Source: Octopus bimaculoides
Taxonomy: Eukaryota
Reading direction: 5' to 3'
Length of the DNA: 64,000 nt
Assembly (NCBI RefSeq): GCF_001194135.2
Contig: NC_068999.1
Location: 45,146,889-45,210,888, forward strand
The notes under the pieces are model-generated. The model did no database searches. It saw nothing but the letters and a program-made list of their open reading frames with translations, and was not told where the DNA came from. Of the stretch, positions 63,164 to 64,000 are shown piece by piece (position 1 is the first letter of the stretch; every line of letters starts with the position of its first letter). A program made the position numbers and the translations under genes.

Positions 63164-64000
63164 NNNNNNNNNNNNNNNNNNNNNNNNNNNNNNNNNNNNN
63201 NNNNNNNNNNNNNNNNNNNNNNNNNNNNNNNNNNNNNNNNNNNNNNNNNNNNNNNNNNNNNNNNNNNNNNNNNNNNNNNNNNNNNNNNNNNNNNNNNNNN
63301 NNNNNNNNNNNNNNNNNNNNNNNNNNNNNNNNNNNNNNNNNNNNNNNNNNNNNNNNNNNNNNNNNNNNNNNNNNNNNNNNNNNNNNNNNNNNNNNNNNNN
63401 NNNNNNNNNNNNNNNNNNNNNNNNNNNTGTGGTTGGTAAGCAAGCTACTTACCACACAGCCACATATATATATATATGTATGTATGTAATTATAATTAAG
63501 TGTATCTTAATTACCATCATGCTAGAGATAGCAGTCAAAACTTGACTAAAACCACATCAAATATTCATACAGCACCAAGAGAGAAGACAAAGAGACAAAA
63601 TAAACTAGCAAAAATTATTGGATAATTCCGGATTTCTAGCTTTGCATAAGAAATGCTTCGTCAGTGAAATATACATTCATTTGATATTATAGGTTAGGCA
63701 CAAGAGGCCAGATGTGGCCGATTTGAACATAAAACAGGCAAAATATCTCAATCCAAATATGGCCAGTTTAAATGTTGGAGAGTTAGTTTATTGTTAGGTT
63801 TAAGTGTTACCAAAAATACAATTACAGCTAATTACATATTCTCTTTCTCTCTCTCCCTTTCTCTCTTCTTCTCTCATACTATTAAACTGAATAATAAAAA
63901 GACCTTTCTTTTCATCAATCTTGAATGATATACTTTCTTTCTTTTTTTCTTTTTCTATTTTATTCTTTACTCTGTGTGTGTGTGTGAGAGAGAGAGTATG

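Noticed and set aside
24-63545. Hundreds of YI/CV/HT/LS-rich ORFs and long X-filled ORFs in the supplied track
   Set aside because: They are translations of dinucleotide microsatellites or N gaps with no protein-like complexity. Only the IFT80, Tc1, mariner and PLE segments had recognisable motifs.

Overview
AT-rich, repeat-dense animal genomic DNA with many N gaps, dominated by (TA)n/(CA)n/(GA)n and trinucleotide microsatellites. The SINE families and overall texture suggest a cephalopod, probably Octopus (inference, no search run). The only host gene I can support is IFT80 on the minus strand: two coding exons (22662-22598 and 7532-7397) with canonical GT-AG sites and matching phase, separated by a 15,065-nt intron. 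The rest is intronic repeat: about five tRNA-derived SINE families, Tc1/mariner, hAT and piggyBac-type remnants or MITEs, and fold-back palindromes. The most interesting stretch is 42.6-45.3 kb: a Penelope-like retroelement (CNCR..CPL.G.CL motif, C-terminal LNK..E....C.H motif) bracketed by ~250-bp inverted repeats. It carries one well-formed minimal type I hammerhead ribozyme, and two degenerate hammerhead-like motifs lie just downstream. All three are on the IFT80 sense strand. Nearly all ORFs in the supplied track are microsatellite or N-gap artefacts. Repeat boundaries are approximate (read by eye).
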